Below are positions 43,538 to 55,093 of a stretch of DNA of 64,000 nt, in pieces. The notes under the pieces were generated by a model. It was not told the DNA's origin and ran no database searches. It saw only the letters and a list, made by a program, of their open reading frames with translations. The stretch covers positions 127,694-191,693 of the forward strand of contig QPMI01000043.1 of assembly GCA_004431415.1 (NCBI GenBank), given 5' to 3'. Made by a program: the position numbers and the translations under genes. Numbering within the stretch: the stretch's first letter is position 1; the number at the start of each line of letters is the position of its first letter. Source of the DNA: Cyanophora paradoxa CCMP329 (Eukaryota > Plantae > Glaucophyta).

Positions 43538-46500
43538 TTAATTAAAAGGAACAGAATTAATACCATCTGGTAAGATGTATCTCTTTGCATCAAAGCAGTT
43601 CAGGGCAACCCTTCTACTCACAGTATCTATTATTGTGTGATCTGCCCTTCTCTTCTGCTTTGCAGTCACAGTCTTGCTGATACCTGCAAATAAACACTGC
43701 TTAAAATCATTAAATTGGAGTTCCTCAGTGGAAGACCCAGAGAGCTTACTTCTCTCAATCTCAGCAGTTCTGAAACTGTAAACTTTGGCTCTTAGACCCA
43801 CATACTCCAATATAGCAGAACCTGGCATCTCATTTTTGTATTTACCTGGGGTCATTCTGTTAGGTCCTCCTAAGTCCAGATTAAAGGATATATTCTCTAG
43901 GTCCTTTTGGAGGGTCTGAGATTCGATATATAGACAAAAGGAATCAGTATCATGGAATAGTAACTTTGCTTTTGACCATTGGGACCTTATAGTATCATAG
44001 AAGAACTGGTAATTATGCAGTTTGGCTGCATCCAAAACATAAGCCCCAATTGCAACAGGCTTATCTAGTTTCACATGCTTTGTGTAAAACTCAAAGGCAA
44101 CTGCTTTTTCGTTTATGGGGCTTGTTGATTTCACCAATGGGGAAGCTGCATATTTCATAAATAGCTTCTCAGTATTTGCAATCTTTACCACAGATCTACC
44201 TCTGCAGGATTCAATGCATTTCCCATAGATTGAGTTATTCATGAGCTTGTAGAAATCAGCCTCGAATTTATTCAATGCTTTTCTTCTCATCTCAGTGTTC
44301 AGTACAATATAAGATTTCATTACAGGAGCCACAGTAAATGATAGGACCCTGTGGACTTTTCTCAATTTCACCCCTTTGCCCAACAGGTATTGCAGAAGAG
44401 GCTCAGAAATCACATAGTTTGTCACAGAACCAAAGGTTGCAGTTAGCTTTGGGGTTTTATCAAGCTCTTCTCCTGAGAGATCTAATAGGCTCTTTTGATA
44501 TTGTGATAATTCCGCATATTCTACTATTTTCTTGTTAATAATTAGGGGGAAATCACTGTGATCTAGATACAGCCTTATTGGGTATTCCAGATCAACTTCT
44601 AGGAAACTGGATCTGTTATCTTGTGGGTTGAATTCGGTCTCCCATCTAAAATCACCAACTGGAATTGGCTGACTCAAACAGTAGCCATACAAGTTGTTAG
44701 CATCAAACAGCATAATGTGGGAGTTTTCACCATCAGCCTCAGCATACCTGCAAGGCATTGTTGCAAAGCCACCCCTGATTCCCCTCTCAACAAATTCGTA
44801 TTGCTCTACATCACTTATAAGCTCTATTTTTGCCTTGGTGGTCCTTAACATAGCATCCCAAGATAGCCCAGGTGCAGATACATAATGAACTGGGTCAAGT
44901 CCATATACTGAGTGTGAGAGCCTTCTGAAAGCTTGGAATTTGCTCATTAACTCATTCACATCAGCAGCCCCAAAGTCCATGAAATTACTTGCATCAATGA
45001 ACTTGTAAAGACCCCATTGCAATGAAAGGTATTGATCAAAGTTTTTTGAGAGGATTTCGATTCGTTTTTTATCTCCCAAACCTGCTATTTTTCTGAAAAT
45101 GAATGACCCACAGTCATCCATTTGGTCAACAACCACTGCTACTTTGGTTTGCTTTGAGATTCTCCTATGGAGATTGCAGTTTCTGCAAGCAGGAGCAATG
45201 TACTGACCTGTGTGGTGATCATGATCTCTGCATTTAAAGTTCTCCTTAGTGAATCTCTCACTGCAAAGGTAACAGTTTTTGGTAGCTCTGTAAATTGCTT
45301 TCTGCTCATCTGTGAGTTCATTCATAGGAATATTGGTGAACAGGAAATCGATTAGTTCTCTTGCTTTGGACTCCAAGCATTCAAACAGACCTCCCATTGG
45401 ATCCTGCCCCTCAAATCGAAAATCTTGAACATCTTCCCCAGTGACTACTCTAAGGTTGACTGCTGAAACTTCCCTCTTGGATTTCGATGCATCAATGGGG
45501 ATGCTTCTATGTTCAATCTTGCAGTAGACCACAACAGGAAGCCAAACAGTTTTCCTGAGGTTTTTCAGTCCAAACTCTATGGTGGTTTCAGGTTTAGGGG
45601 TGATTCCCTTTGAGAGTCTCCAGTCAATGCATCTATTTGAGTCCACATGAGCAGTGAGTTTAGCCTCAGACCTGAATCGAGATAAGCATGTGTCACAGTA
45701 GTGTAACTTCTGATCATTGTATGTTTCATGATTTACTTTCAATAATCTTGAAAGGGACATGATTGTAATATAATGACCATTCCCTTCATCATCAAATATC
45801 AGCATGAGATTAACCTTATGCTTTCTGCCTGGGTTACTGGATTGATGCAGGGGATAAATAACCTCTCCATCGATTCCAAATATATTAATGCTAATGCCTG
45901 CATTTTGAGCCTCGAATTTATCAATAATCTCAGCATCACAGGCAACAGGGAATGGGATGTTATCGAAATTCAGAGCCAGCGGATTATAAGCGATTGCTGA
46001 GTATTTCCATTTGCGATATTGTGAAAGCTCATTCCTCTTATGGGAGTTTATCGCTTTTCTGTGAATATATGCCAAAATTGCATTTTCGAAGCAGGAATCA
46101 TCTATATTTCGAATATTCACTGTGGCTCTCTTCCTAGCAATCCACTCTGGGGTTTGTAGAAAGCATCCACCAGTTGGAGCATAACTCATAATAGCCACTC
46201 TGAGTATTTCGATTCTTTCCAAGCGATAGCTATCAACCACATTCATCTGCTCTTGACACATTTGGGCTGCTTTATTCAGCTCAGTTCGAATATTTCTCGA
46301 CCTGGTTAATACAAAATAATCACTGTAAATGTATTTCGATATCCAAACCTGTGGATTGCTCACTTTTACGAACTTGCAGATAAAAGACAAGCGAACCTTG
46401 ATTGCCCTGAATTGATCTAAACCCTGCTTTAATCGATTAGGAAGGGATGTAGCAATTCTGTCCAGGAATTCAATCACATCTACAACAACTTCCCTTCTGG

Positions 46501-46783
46501 CTCTGTAAGTGAGCCAGCGATATAATTCATTCATGGCTGTTCCATCTTCTGCCTCAGGTTCTATTTGCCTTAGGCGATCCAGTTCATCCAAGGTTTCAAT
46601 TTTATCATATAGGTTATTTGCTTTTCTGGTTAATCTGGCTAAAGTGGGTCTACCCTTTGCAATTAAATCTATTTCCCGGTCATATTCAGCCTCTGTTATT
46701 TCATGGGCTGCATAAAGTGTTCCCAGCAATCCCATGAGTTCCCATTTCTTCTCCCTTATGAGTTTGTTGGAAATTCGGGGCAT
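43538..46783 (-). CDS. polB: Protein-primed family B DNA polymerase, intact, 1081 aa
   Basis: DANNLYG, KLMNNSIYGK, HDTDS; endonuclease-VII-like insert CRDHDHHTG..CRNCN; NIDDSCF/GHY N-terminal protease-like region. Confidence 0.95.
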   Translation of the reverse strand: MPRISNKLIREKKWELMGLLGTLYAAHEITEAEYDREIDLIAKGRPTLARLTRKANNLYDKIETLDELDRLRQIEPEAEDGTAMNELYRWLTYRARREVVVDVIEFLDRIATSLPNRLKQGLDQFRAIKVRLSFICKFVKVSNPQVWISKYIYSDYFVLTRSRNIRTELNKAAQMCQEQMNVVDSYRLERIEILRVAIMSYAPTGGCFLQTPEWIARKRATVNIRNIDDSCFENAILAYIHRKAINSHKRNELSQYRKWKYSAIAYNPLALNFDNIPFPVACDAEIIDKFEAQNAGISINIFGIDGEVIYPLHQSSNPGRKHKVNLMLIFDDEGNGHYITIMSLSRLLKVNHETYNDQKLHYCDTCLSRFRSEAKLTAHVDSNRCIDWRLSKGITPKPETTIEFGLKNLRKTVWLPVVVYCKIEHRSIPIDASKSKREVSAVNLRVVTGEDVQDFRFEGQDPMGGLFECLESKARELIDFLFTNIPMNELTDEQKAIYRATKNCYLCSERFTKENFKCRDHDHHTGQYIAPACRNCNLHRRISKQTKVAVVVDQMDDCGSFIFRKIAGLGDKKRIEILSKNFDQYLSLQWGLYKFIDASNFMDFGAADVNELMSKFQAFRRLSHSVYGLDPVHYVSAPGLSWDAMLRTTKAKIELISDVEQYEFVERGIRGGFATMPCRYAEADGENSHIMLFDANNLYGYCLSQPIPVGDFRWETEFNPQDNRSSFLEVDLEYPIRLYLDHSDFPLIINKKIVEYAELSQYQKSLLDLSGEELDKTPKLTATFGSVTNYVISEPLLQYLLGKGVKLRKVHRVLSFTVAPVMKSYIVLNTEMRRKALNKFEADFYKLMNNSIYGKCIESCRGRSVVKIANTEKLFMKYAASPLVKSTSPINEKAVAFEFYTKHVKLDKPVAIGAYVLDAAKLHNYQFFYDTIRSQWSKAKLLFHDTDSFCLYIESQTLQKDLENISFNLDLGGPNRMTPGKYKNEMPGSAILEYVGLRAKVYSFRTAEIERSKLSGSSTEELQFNDFKQCLFAGISKTVTAKQKRRADHTIIDTVSRRVALNCFDAKRYILPDGINSVPFN

Positions 46784-46842
46784 TATTCCTAACTTGTTCC
46801 TATTCTAAGGGGATATTGTATTTTAGAGCATTTTAAACGCAA

Positions 46843-47023
46843 GTGGACTTAGTGGGTGGAGTTGAGGCACTTTTTATTTCTTTTTAGGGCAGAGTCCTCT
46901 TTCAGAATCTGTGAAAAAATGAGTCAACTCCCCCCACTTAGTCAACCTAATCGATAAATAAACCATAAATAAAAGACTGTTTGGGTCTTTTATGATAAAT
47001 TTGAGTCAACCATGAGTCCACTT
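46843..47023. promoter_or_regulatory. Internal iteron cassette C (putative origin) downstream of the element-2 primase-helicase
   Basis: GTGGACTTAGTGGG..GAGTTGA / GAGTCAACTCCCCCCACTTAGTCAACC ... GAGTCAACCATGAGTCCACTT. Confidence 0.6.
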
Positions 47024-47033
47024 TTGAGTAAAC

Positions 47034-49627
47034 CTAAACTTCAACATCAGAATCATAATCTGATGCATCAGGATCAGCAGCAGGTAGGTCTTGTTTCATC
47101 CTTGGATTAGCTTCTTCCTCAATGGTCTCATCATCTACAAGCTTCATCTTTCTGAATTCCTCAAATACTTGTGGGAATAGGAAATGATAGTATTGCTTAC
47201 CATTTGTAGTTTTCACTTGGATATATGTCACACTTCTCATTTCAGTATAATACCTGCGACTATTATAATCGTTTTTATATTTATTGCTGGTAATGAACTC
47301 CTGGAACCATTTCCAGGTTTCCACAAGGCTACCAGACTTGCATTTATTCTCGGAAATTAAGCCTCGATCCACAAGCCACTTAGTGAACATAAGGATGATT
47401 GGAGCGCACACCTGTTGGGCTAAATAGTATTTATTTGTAAGGGGTCTATCAGCAATCCAGTTCACATCCTCACAGTCAACTTTGGTTCTCAAATAGTGGG
47501 CAATGTTTCGAATATTGCAGTGATCATTTAGCCATTTTACAAGTGGAAGGAAGTATGACCTATCCTTTGCGAATTTCTTACTAACTTCAACAACCACAAA
47601 TCGCCTATCTCCAGCTTCAATTTTCACTGGAATGTTATTATTGCTGGTAAATATAATCCTGGCAAAGTTGCTTTTTGTGTATGAATCTATCCCTTTGTGT
47701 TCAATAACAATCTTATCAGAAGTAATGAGATCTTTGAGCATATCATTATTTTCGAATGTGTCCTTGCCTGAGGCTTCATTCACAACAATCAAGATCTTAT
47801 CCTCTCTATTGTGGGCAAATCGACCAAACAGATCCTCTTTTGGCTTTCCAGTTGCATAACTCAGGGCATCTCCAAGTATCTTCTTTTGGAAAGTATCAAC
47901 CAACACATTCTTACCAGTTCCCTGTTCACCAATGAAGATTAAGGATACTCCATTGAGTTCCCCAGGCTTTTGCAGCATGTGGGCAAACCATTTCAATAGA
48001 TATTCATAGGTATTTTGATCCTCACCAGACATTAAGAACAAGTGATCTAGGAAAGGCTTAATCATCTCAGCAGTTACATCCTCTGGAGCATTTTCGAATT
48101 GCTGATGGTCGACCTTCATTCCTGGATAGAGATTAAATACAGACTTGCATTTTGCACTGAGAGTAGCAGGAGGGGGAAGGAAATCCATGTAAGTTGATCT
48201 TGTGGCTGTTGGATCCACAATCCATTTCCTAAATGATTGCTCCCATTTCTCTTTCTCATTATCTGTTCCCTCATTGACAATCACCTTATGCATCAAATGG
48301 GGAAATGCTTTGTAGAGAGCTTCCCAATATCTTTGGGCATCCAGCAAAGTAGTTGTTCATCCCAGAGCATCACACAACCAACATTTTCAACATGATGCAT
48401 TCGAGCATTGAAATACCTCTTATGCACATTGTAATGTTCAGCCAAAGGAGGGATACTTGCAGTCTTGTAATCGATTTCATCTGTGTCCTCTGGTAGGAAT
48501 GCATACTTTTTGGGGAAGAGTTCCTTGAAAAGCTCATTGTTATCTTTGCTCAACCAATAAACCAAGGATTTGAAGGTCAACACTTTGCCAGGCTCAGCCT
48601 TCTTCTTGCTTCTGCGAAGCTGTGTAAACTTCTCCTGGCATTCATCATAATCATACTTGTCACTCTGTTCTGAGAATTGGTGGAAGAGTTCAGCTTGCAT
48701 TTTAGGGGTGAACTTGTTGTCTTCCCCAACATTGATGATGACCAGTCCTACATCAATCCAAGTTTTATACTCATTAGCTCTCTCACCATTCAGACCCATT
48801 ATAACACTTTGTAGCAGTTCGAAAGTAACAGGATTGTCGGGTTCAGTGTCTTTTTCAGCTTCTACCTTCTCAGTCTTCACTTTATCACTTTTTGGCTCCT
48901 TTTTAACTGGTTTTGGCTCAGGGCTATAATTTGCGAATGCAGAAATATTCGATTCATCCACAAGTTTAGTAGAAGCTGAGAAGAAAGATACAAAGAAGTC
49001 CTCATTTCGCATTAACACTTTGTCACAGTCAACGAATTTCTTAAAGCAAACGTTTTTATCAACATCTTTCTTTGATTTATTTTGAGCATCCAGAGTCTCA
49101 CCTTTGCAGCAATTGAGGCAGATAAGGTTCTGTGTGGAGCTGTAAACTCCACTGTCATAATCCTCATTTTTCACCAATCCCATAGCTTTGAAAAGCTTGG
49201 GGATATCTTCATGTTTGCATGCAAGCGATTTAATGATAAAGTGGGCTGAGATCTTGAACTTGGTGACATCCTCCTTGATCAAATAAACCCTTCTATGGCG
49301 AACTGCAACAGCAATATCGTTAATCGAAGTGGTCCCAGATCGCTTCCATAGCTTATCTCTCATCTCTCTTACAACAGTTTCAGCCTCAGCATAGTTATCA
49401 GCAATATTCTCCTTCAAATCAGCGAATTTATCCAGGTCCAGGTAAACTCTGGTCACTTGTTCAGGCTGAATGCATTCAGCCCAGGTCTTGACCTTGCTAT
49501 TATCAATTGCTTCAAGGGCATCTTCAGCAGAATCAAATACATGGGTGACCTTGTTGCGATCACCAATGAGAGTACTAAGGAATGTAGCATTTTCAACAGG
49601 GGTGGCGAATTTCTCGATTTTGTTCAT
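47034..49627 (-). CDS. Primase-helicase: AEP primase, PriCT-2, DUF5906-type SF3 helicase (1-nt frameshift at ~48324)
   Basis: VYLDLD, SAHF, DSGVYS; YKTWIDVG...FSEQSDKYD; Walker A GEQGTGKN, FTSNN, DRRF. Confidence 0.88.
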
Positions 49628-49844
49628 TTTCGATTTTGGGGGACTTCTACCTTTAACAAAGAAAATAATTTCGGAAGGAGGAATTGTCTTTTATATATAT
49701 CCTATTATTTGCCAAGTCCTTAAGTAGTTTTGGGTCGGGATACTGTCTCGATATATAGGTACAGTTTTAAAAAGAGGGAAGAAAGCTGTCATTTTTTTGC
49801 CTCCGATCAAATCGATTTCTACAAAATTTGTGTCGATCGAGAAT

Positions 49845-50171
49845 TTATTCTTCGATATATTTCCGAGGTCTTCCAACCGGTTTATGCTCTTTGGGTTTCT
49901 TGGGCTGTTCATCTTTCTTCTTGTGGTAATATTCCAGCGCTTTTGCCTTTTTCTGCTCGCGATATTCTTCATTTTCCCTGTATTTCCTCTGGTGTCTGAG
50001 GGCAATCTTTTTGAGTTCTTCTGGTGTGTGAACTGTAGCGGCTCCTTGGGATAATCGTTCCTCCTTCTTTTTATGATAGGCTTCGCGTTTTCTTTGGGCA
50101 TCTTGCTCCCTTTTCAGTCTCAGCTTCTCTGCTTTTTCATCATCTGTGAGTATCTTGCGGATATTCGGCAT
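49845..50171 (-). CDS. Small basic protein with AT-hook-like motif
   Basis: KPVGRPRK; YRENEEYRE..K.KALEYY resembles the 17443/50730 proteins. Confidence 0.65.
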   Translation of the reverse strand: MPNIRKILTDDEKAEKLRLKREQDAQRKREAYHKKKEERLSQGAATVHTPEELKKIALRHQRKYRENEEYREQKKAKALEYYHKKKDEQPKKPKEHKPVGRPRKYIEE

Positions 50172-50340
50172 TTCTCTTTAATAGTAGATACGAAAATAAT
50201 TTTTCCTCAATACAACCTATCTACTTTTTCTTTAAGTCATTTTTTGTTGCGAACACCAGTTCCTGTCTATAAACTGTGGCAACAAAAAATGATTAGGTGA
50301 AAGCAGCTTGATATTTATCAGATATAATTACAGATCAGTA

Positions 50341-50649
50341 ATGGCTGCTCGAACTGCAAGAGGAATTCTGTTTGACAAGTTGGAGAAAAATCCTATTGTG
50401 AATGGACATAAGGGATTGGTAGATGCTATGGTCGAAAGTAGTCTTCAATCAAAAGGGATAAACATCAATCATACAGACAACACAAGAACCAAACAGTTTC
50501 GACAGAAATTGGAGAAAGACATATTGACAATGACACTTGATCCAAACTACATGCCTTCGATTGGTAAAAAGAATCATTCAGGCTCTGCCACAAGAAAGCG
50601 ACTTTTAACCAAATTGATGAATCGTTCTATTGCAGCCACTAGCGATTAA
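50341..50649 (+). CDS. Hypothetical protein
   Basis: ATG at 50341 in ORF 50308-50649; unique to the element-2 cassette. Confidence 0.5.
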   Translation: MAARTARGILFDKLEKNPIVNGHKGLVDAMVESSLQSKGININHTDNTRTKQFRQKLEKDILTMTLDPNYMPSIGKKNHSGSATRKRLLTKLMNRSIAATSD

Positions 50650-50729
50650 CCAATGAAGCCACTAACTCCTGTGTATATATTTTTATAGCTGCCTCAGTGG
50701 CATACTGAGACCGCTTTTTCTCAATTATC

Positions 50730-50975
50730 TTATAGACCTGGGGGTCCATTGCTACTATCAGTAGGCAAATAATATTTAATCGGTCTCCCTCTGGGTCTCT
50801 GCTCCTCTTTTTTGGCTTTTCTGCGATAATAGGATGCCAGGGCTTGCTGCTTTTTATACTCTCTATATTCTGGGTCCTCTCTATATCGTTTCTGCATTGC
50901 TAGAATGTGTCTAATAGAACCCTCAGTAACAGGTTCATCACTGGTAAACTCGATTAAACTAATAGTGTCCTCCAT
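50730..50975 (-). CDS. Small basic AT-hook-like protein
   Basis: Ortholog of 17443-17688. Confidence 0.7.
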   Translation of the reverse strand: MEDTISLIEFTSDEPVTEGSIRHILAMQKRYREDPEYREYKKQQALASYYRRKAKKEEQRPRGRPIKYYLPTDSSNGPPGL

Positions 50976-51231
50976 TTATATTCCCAGAGAAAACGTTTTC
51001 TGCTGGCAGAGAACTTCTCCTTGGATACTCCTGTTGCTCATATGTATACTCTGTGGGGTCTGCTGGCATTGATTCCACTGAAACTGTTGACCTCCTTCTT
51101 TCTCTTGCCTCAGATACATTATCCTCAGTATCTGACATCTCAAACTCTATTGTTGTGTCACAGCATCCACTGTGGCAATTGCTCACCACATGCAGACTGA
51201 GCATCTCAATAAACTTTCGTATTATATCCAT
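50959..51231 (-). CDS. Hypothetical Cys-motif protein
   Basis: Ortholog of 17672-17944. Confidence 0.65.
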   Translation of the reverse strand: MDIIRKFIEMLSLHVVSNCHSGCCDTTIEFEMSDTEDNVSEARERRRSTVSVESMPADPTEYTYEQQEYPRRSSLPAENVFSGNINGGHY

Positions 51232-51253
51232 GTCTCTAATAAAACAGAGAAAA

Positions 51254-51988
51254 TTAAAGCCAAACTCGTCTTTTATATACTGTGGGAGCTACTCCCTTTT
51301 CTACTTCAGCTTTAGTGGCACCAGGTTCAATGGTTCCCTTCTGGGTCTTTGTTTTCATTTCATCTACTGCCTGCTCATCGATTTGGGTCTCTTTCTTAGC
51401 AATAAACTGTTTATCTGGGACACCAGTAATGCCCATTTTATAAACTTCCTTTCGAAGCATCTCCTTTAGCTTGGCTCTCTCTTTCTTCTCAGTAACATAC
51501 TGCTCCAAGGCACTTGATTTGGCTTCCAGGTCTTTGAGTTTAGCAGTCATCTCATCCCATTGAGCCTTGGGAATTCGATGAATATTTTGAGTGGGAGCAG
51601 TCTTATATGTGACTTCACCAGCCATAGACTGGATTACTTTGTCTGATTCCTTACTAAGACCTTCACCTTTGCGAGCCAATGACAGATCTTGCAAGCCTAG
51701 ACCTTTATCATCAGCAGCTCCAATAATTCGCCTGGCACCCTCAGCAACAGCCTTCATTTTCGAAGCTTCTGGTGATATATTGAGTTGGTCACTGGTTGAA
51801 GCCTGTGGGGCTTTGTCATCAACTGATTCCTCATAGGCAGCATTGAGGGGGTCTTCTTCTTGCTGTGAGGGCTTCACCTCATTCATACCATTGAATTTCA
51901 TTGGTTCAGTATTAATGGATCCATTGTTTCCACCACCTGAATAGCCAACAGCCCCAGCTGGAATCCCTATCTTTCGTTTGGGAGGCAT
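51254..51988 (-). CDS. Hypothetical protein
   Basis: Ortholog of 17967-18701. Confidence 0.75.
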   Translation of the reverse strand: MPPKRKIGIPAGAVGYSGGGNNGSINTEPMKFNGMNEVKPSQQEEDPLNAAYEESVDDKAPQASTSDQLNISPEASKMKAVAEGARRIIGAADDKGLGLQDLSLARKGEGLSKESDKVIQSMAGEVTYKTAPTQNIHRIPKAQWDEMTAKLKDLEAKSSALEQYVTEKKERAKLKEMLRKEVYKMGITGVPDKQFIAKKETQIDEQAVDEMKTKTQKGTIEPGATKAEVEKGVAPTVYKRRVWL

Positions 51989-52016
51989 TGTATCTTTATT
52001 AGAATGAGAGATAATT

Positions 52017-52810
52017 TTATAAACCGCGTTTATATCGCATCAATTTATTGCTATGGACTTGGCTTTTCACTTCTTTAGGGGCTTCCTCTTTCTCTGGTGG
52101 TTTCAGTTCATCTTCTTTCTTCTTGGGCTTCCTGTGGAAGCGAGGAAAATCGAAATCTCCAACTAAATCGGCTTTATCAACATAGTAGCCCACATTATAC
52201 TTGAAAGATGTATAAACAAGGAATTGATATGAGTGGACATACTCTTCAAACAGTTGATAGAAATCTTCTTTGCGAGGAAAAGTCGAAAACTCCTCTGCAA
52301 ATGCTTCCAGCTCTTTTTGATTGCTTGCACAAACCATAATTACTATATCACTATTGCAGCGAATAACACTTGCGACCTTTCTTAATTTTTGGGAAATAGT
52401 TATAATTGATATATTGACATGTCTGCCACGAACATAAAGCATTCCCACTGTTTTATCTCGACTGAGATCCAGCTGGTCATTTTCTATCATATCCTCTAAA
52501 ATCACCAGCATATGGTTAAGTTCTTCTCCTTTCTCCCTTTTTGCCTCTCTTTCTTTTATAATTTTCGACATGTATTGGGATCCCATGCACCCAGTTGAAC
52601 AGTAGCAGCTTTGTCCCAAAAATGTGAAAATGAGGTAGCGGATATAATAAGTGTTGTATCAATCTTTTTGGCATCATGCAGCTGTTTCAAATAATATTTT
52701 ACAGCTTCTGTTTTTCCGCATCCACTTTTTCCGAGTATGAGTAGTCTGAAAGGGGGTTCTATCATTTCACCAGCCACAAATTCATCCAGATCAGAACTTG
52801 GTATTGGCAT
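52017..52810 (-). CDS. A32-like packaging ATPase (1-nt frameshift at ~52578)
   Basis: GKSGCGKT, VILED, RGRHVNISIITISQ. Confidence 0.88.
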
Positions 52811-52866
52811 TGTGTATCTTTCTATAAAGAAACAGATAAAAATAATGCAAGGTGACTGAATATGGT

Positions 52867-53597
52867 TTACAGGTTAGATAGGAATCGTTTAATGCAACCC
52901 TCAATATCAGTTTCAGTGTATGGGATTCTCAGTAGTTTAATGTTGTTAGCTTCACAGTATCGATTTTTTATTCCATCATTAATTTGAACCTGTTTAAATT
53001 GCTCTTCACCATTATCAGCACCAAACCACTTTCTTGGTTTGAAATGTTGAATACCATCATATTCTATTGCAATTCGAAGAGAATCAATATAGAAATCGAA
53101 CCTTAATGGAAACTTATTTCTACAATCTTTGAACGTATGTTGTTGTGTATACCCCAATCCAATGGAGTCCAACACTTTGCACAACTCTTCCTCACCTTTT
53201 GAAGATCTACAAAATGGGCAACCAGTATTTCGAATATGAATGATTGGGGGTTGCATGAACTCTTTGTTACAAGAGTTGCATCTTATACAAACTGGTGTGT
53301 GAGCTTTCACATATTCTACTTTATTATAACAATATTTGTCTCCATGTGTTTTTCTTGATTGCTCTATAAATGTTTCCAGCTCTTTTCTGCGTTCATTTCC
53401 CAACCGCTGAAAACTACATTTTTTACAGCTTGACCCTCTTAGATGGTGATCCACACGCTGTTCAAATATTGTACTGCAAGTCAGACAAGAAATGAGAACT
53501 TTATCCTTGCATTTTGTAAATTGAACCTTCGAATAATCGAATTTACCATTATGCTTGGCATTTGCACGATCTACAAACTCATTAATTGTGAGGGCAT
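52867..53597 (-). CDS. Zn-ribbon repeat plus Vsr-like endonuclease (two repeats; frameshift at the start)
   Basis: FDFY...IAIEYDGIQH; restored start MPLTINEF. Confidence 0.75.
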
Positions 53598-53670
53598 TTT
53601 ACTTTATAAAGGTTTCCAAAAATAAATAATCATTTTTTCTTTAAATGCCTTACTGTTTATCGTAAGGTTA

Positions 53671-55040
53671 TCAAAGATTTATACGACGTAATCCATCTTT
53701 GTCCAAAATTATATAGCTATGCATGAGAGCGCGAACATTGACATCGATTACCTTATCTGAAGGCATGTAGAGGGTGAGGAAGGAAGAAGAGGAATTTGTT
53801 AAATCGACATAACCAGACTGGGCAATATTTCGAATTGCCTTCTCTCCATCAATGCAGAAACTTAAACCTGAAAGGACATAGCGATCAGCAACCTTATCCA
53901 TGTTAGAGCATTTGAAGGCATCAGCAATTAGCTCAGCACCTTTGAGTAGGGAAATTGGCTCAGTGGCATAAAGTCGCTGTCCATTAATTTCAACAGTGAA
54001 AGTAATATCTTTGGAGTTGGCATAGGTCTTAAGAACACTGTGGGAGCCAGTGGATTTATCAACAGTTGCATTATCACGAACTGAAACAAGCAGAGCATAA
54101 ACAAGACCTGAGATTTGAGAGAGGTTAATTCGATTGGGTTGGGCATTGCCCTTGGCAGGGAAAGCACTAGCATCTACAAATCCAATATCAAGGGAGGGAA
54201 TAGCCATGCCAGTAGTCTTTACTTTTTCAATTACAGTAGCGAAAAGCTCATCAGAAACATTAATAGCATGCATGTAAAGGCGAGGAGAAGTAATAGAAAT
54301 GACAGGGGTTGTTGCACCAAGAGTAAAGTCTGTGATGTTTTGACCAACATTTGCCAGAACAGTTTCAGCAGGGGCAGTTCCAAGACCGTCATCTTTTGAA
54401 TAATCTACATCAGCTGCTGCAACAGTAAGACCACGACCACCATAGGAAGTTTCAACATAACCCTTTCCAGCATCCTTAAACCAAACAGTAACAACCATTT
54501 CACCAGATAAAGCACCAAGGGGAAGGTAGTGATTTAGCCAAGGCACAGGAATTTCAACGAAAAATGAGCCACCAAGGCGGTTGGTTCCATGAGCAGGAAT
54601 GCCATGAACCATGCCCATTGATCGCTTCTTTTTAGCTAGTTGATCCTCCGAATAATAGACCAGGGGGAAATGAGCAAGGAAATCAGATGGAATATGGTAG
54701 GTGTAAGATCCATAGGTAATTTCAAGTCGCTGAACTAAAGCACCAACTGGCGAGTGTATCCATTGCGAACTAGGTCAGTATCACCAGCAAAAGTGATGGC
54801 TGGAAGGTCGAAAGCAAGTTCGAGTTTTCCACAGAAATTGTAGCGAGGTAGCTTGAAGGAAATGCGATTTCCAACATTATTCTCAAAAGTATTGCTGGGA
54901 TTCACAACAACTAGAACTGGCTTAGACTTGGATTCGAGACCAAGCATAAGGGAGTTATCCAGGAAAAAGGCTTTCGCCTCCTCTGGGGTTGTTAGGGCTT
55001 CTTTCAGCGAAAGTCTTTGAAGAGTGGAAGTGATATCCAT
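53671..55040 (-). CDS. Major capsid protein (1-nt frameshift at ~54749)
   Basis: Ortholog of 20625-21991. Confidence 0.8.
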
Positions 55041-55093
55041 TATATTCTCTTTTATTATACTGCAACATAAAAAATCTACCAATGATCCTTAAT

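Noticed and set aside
47034-49627. Separate primase and helicase genes
   Set aside because: Adding one base to the C-run at ~48324 fuses them into a standard AEP-PriCT2-SF3 protein
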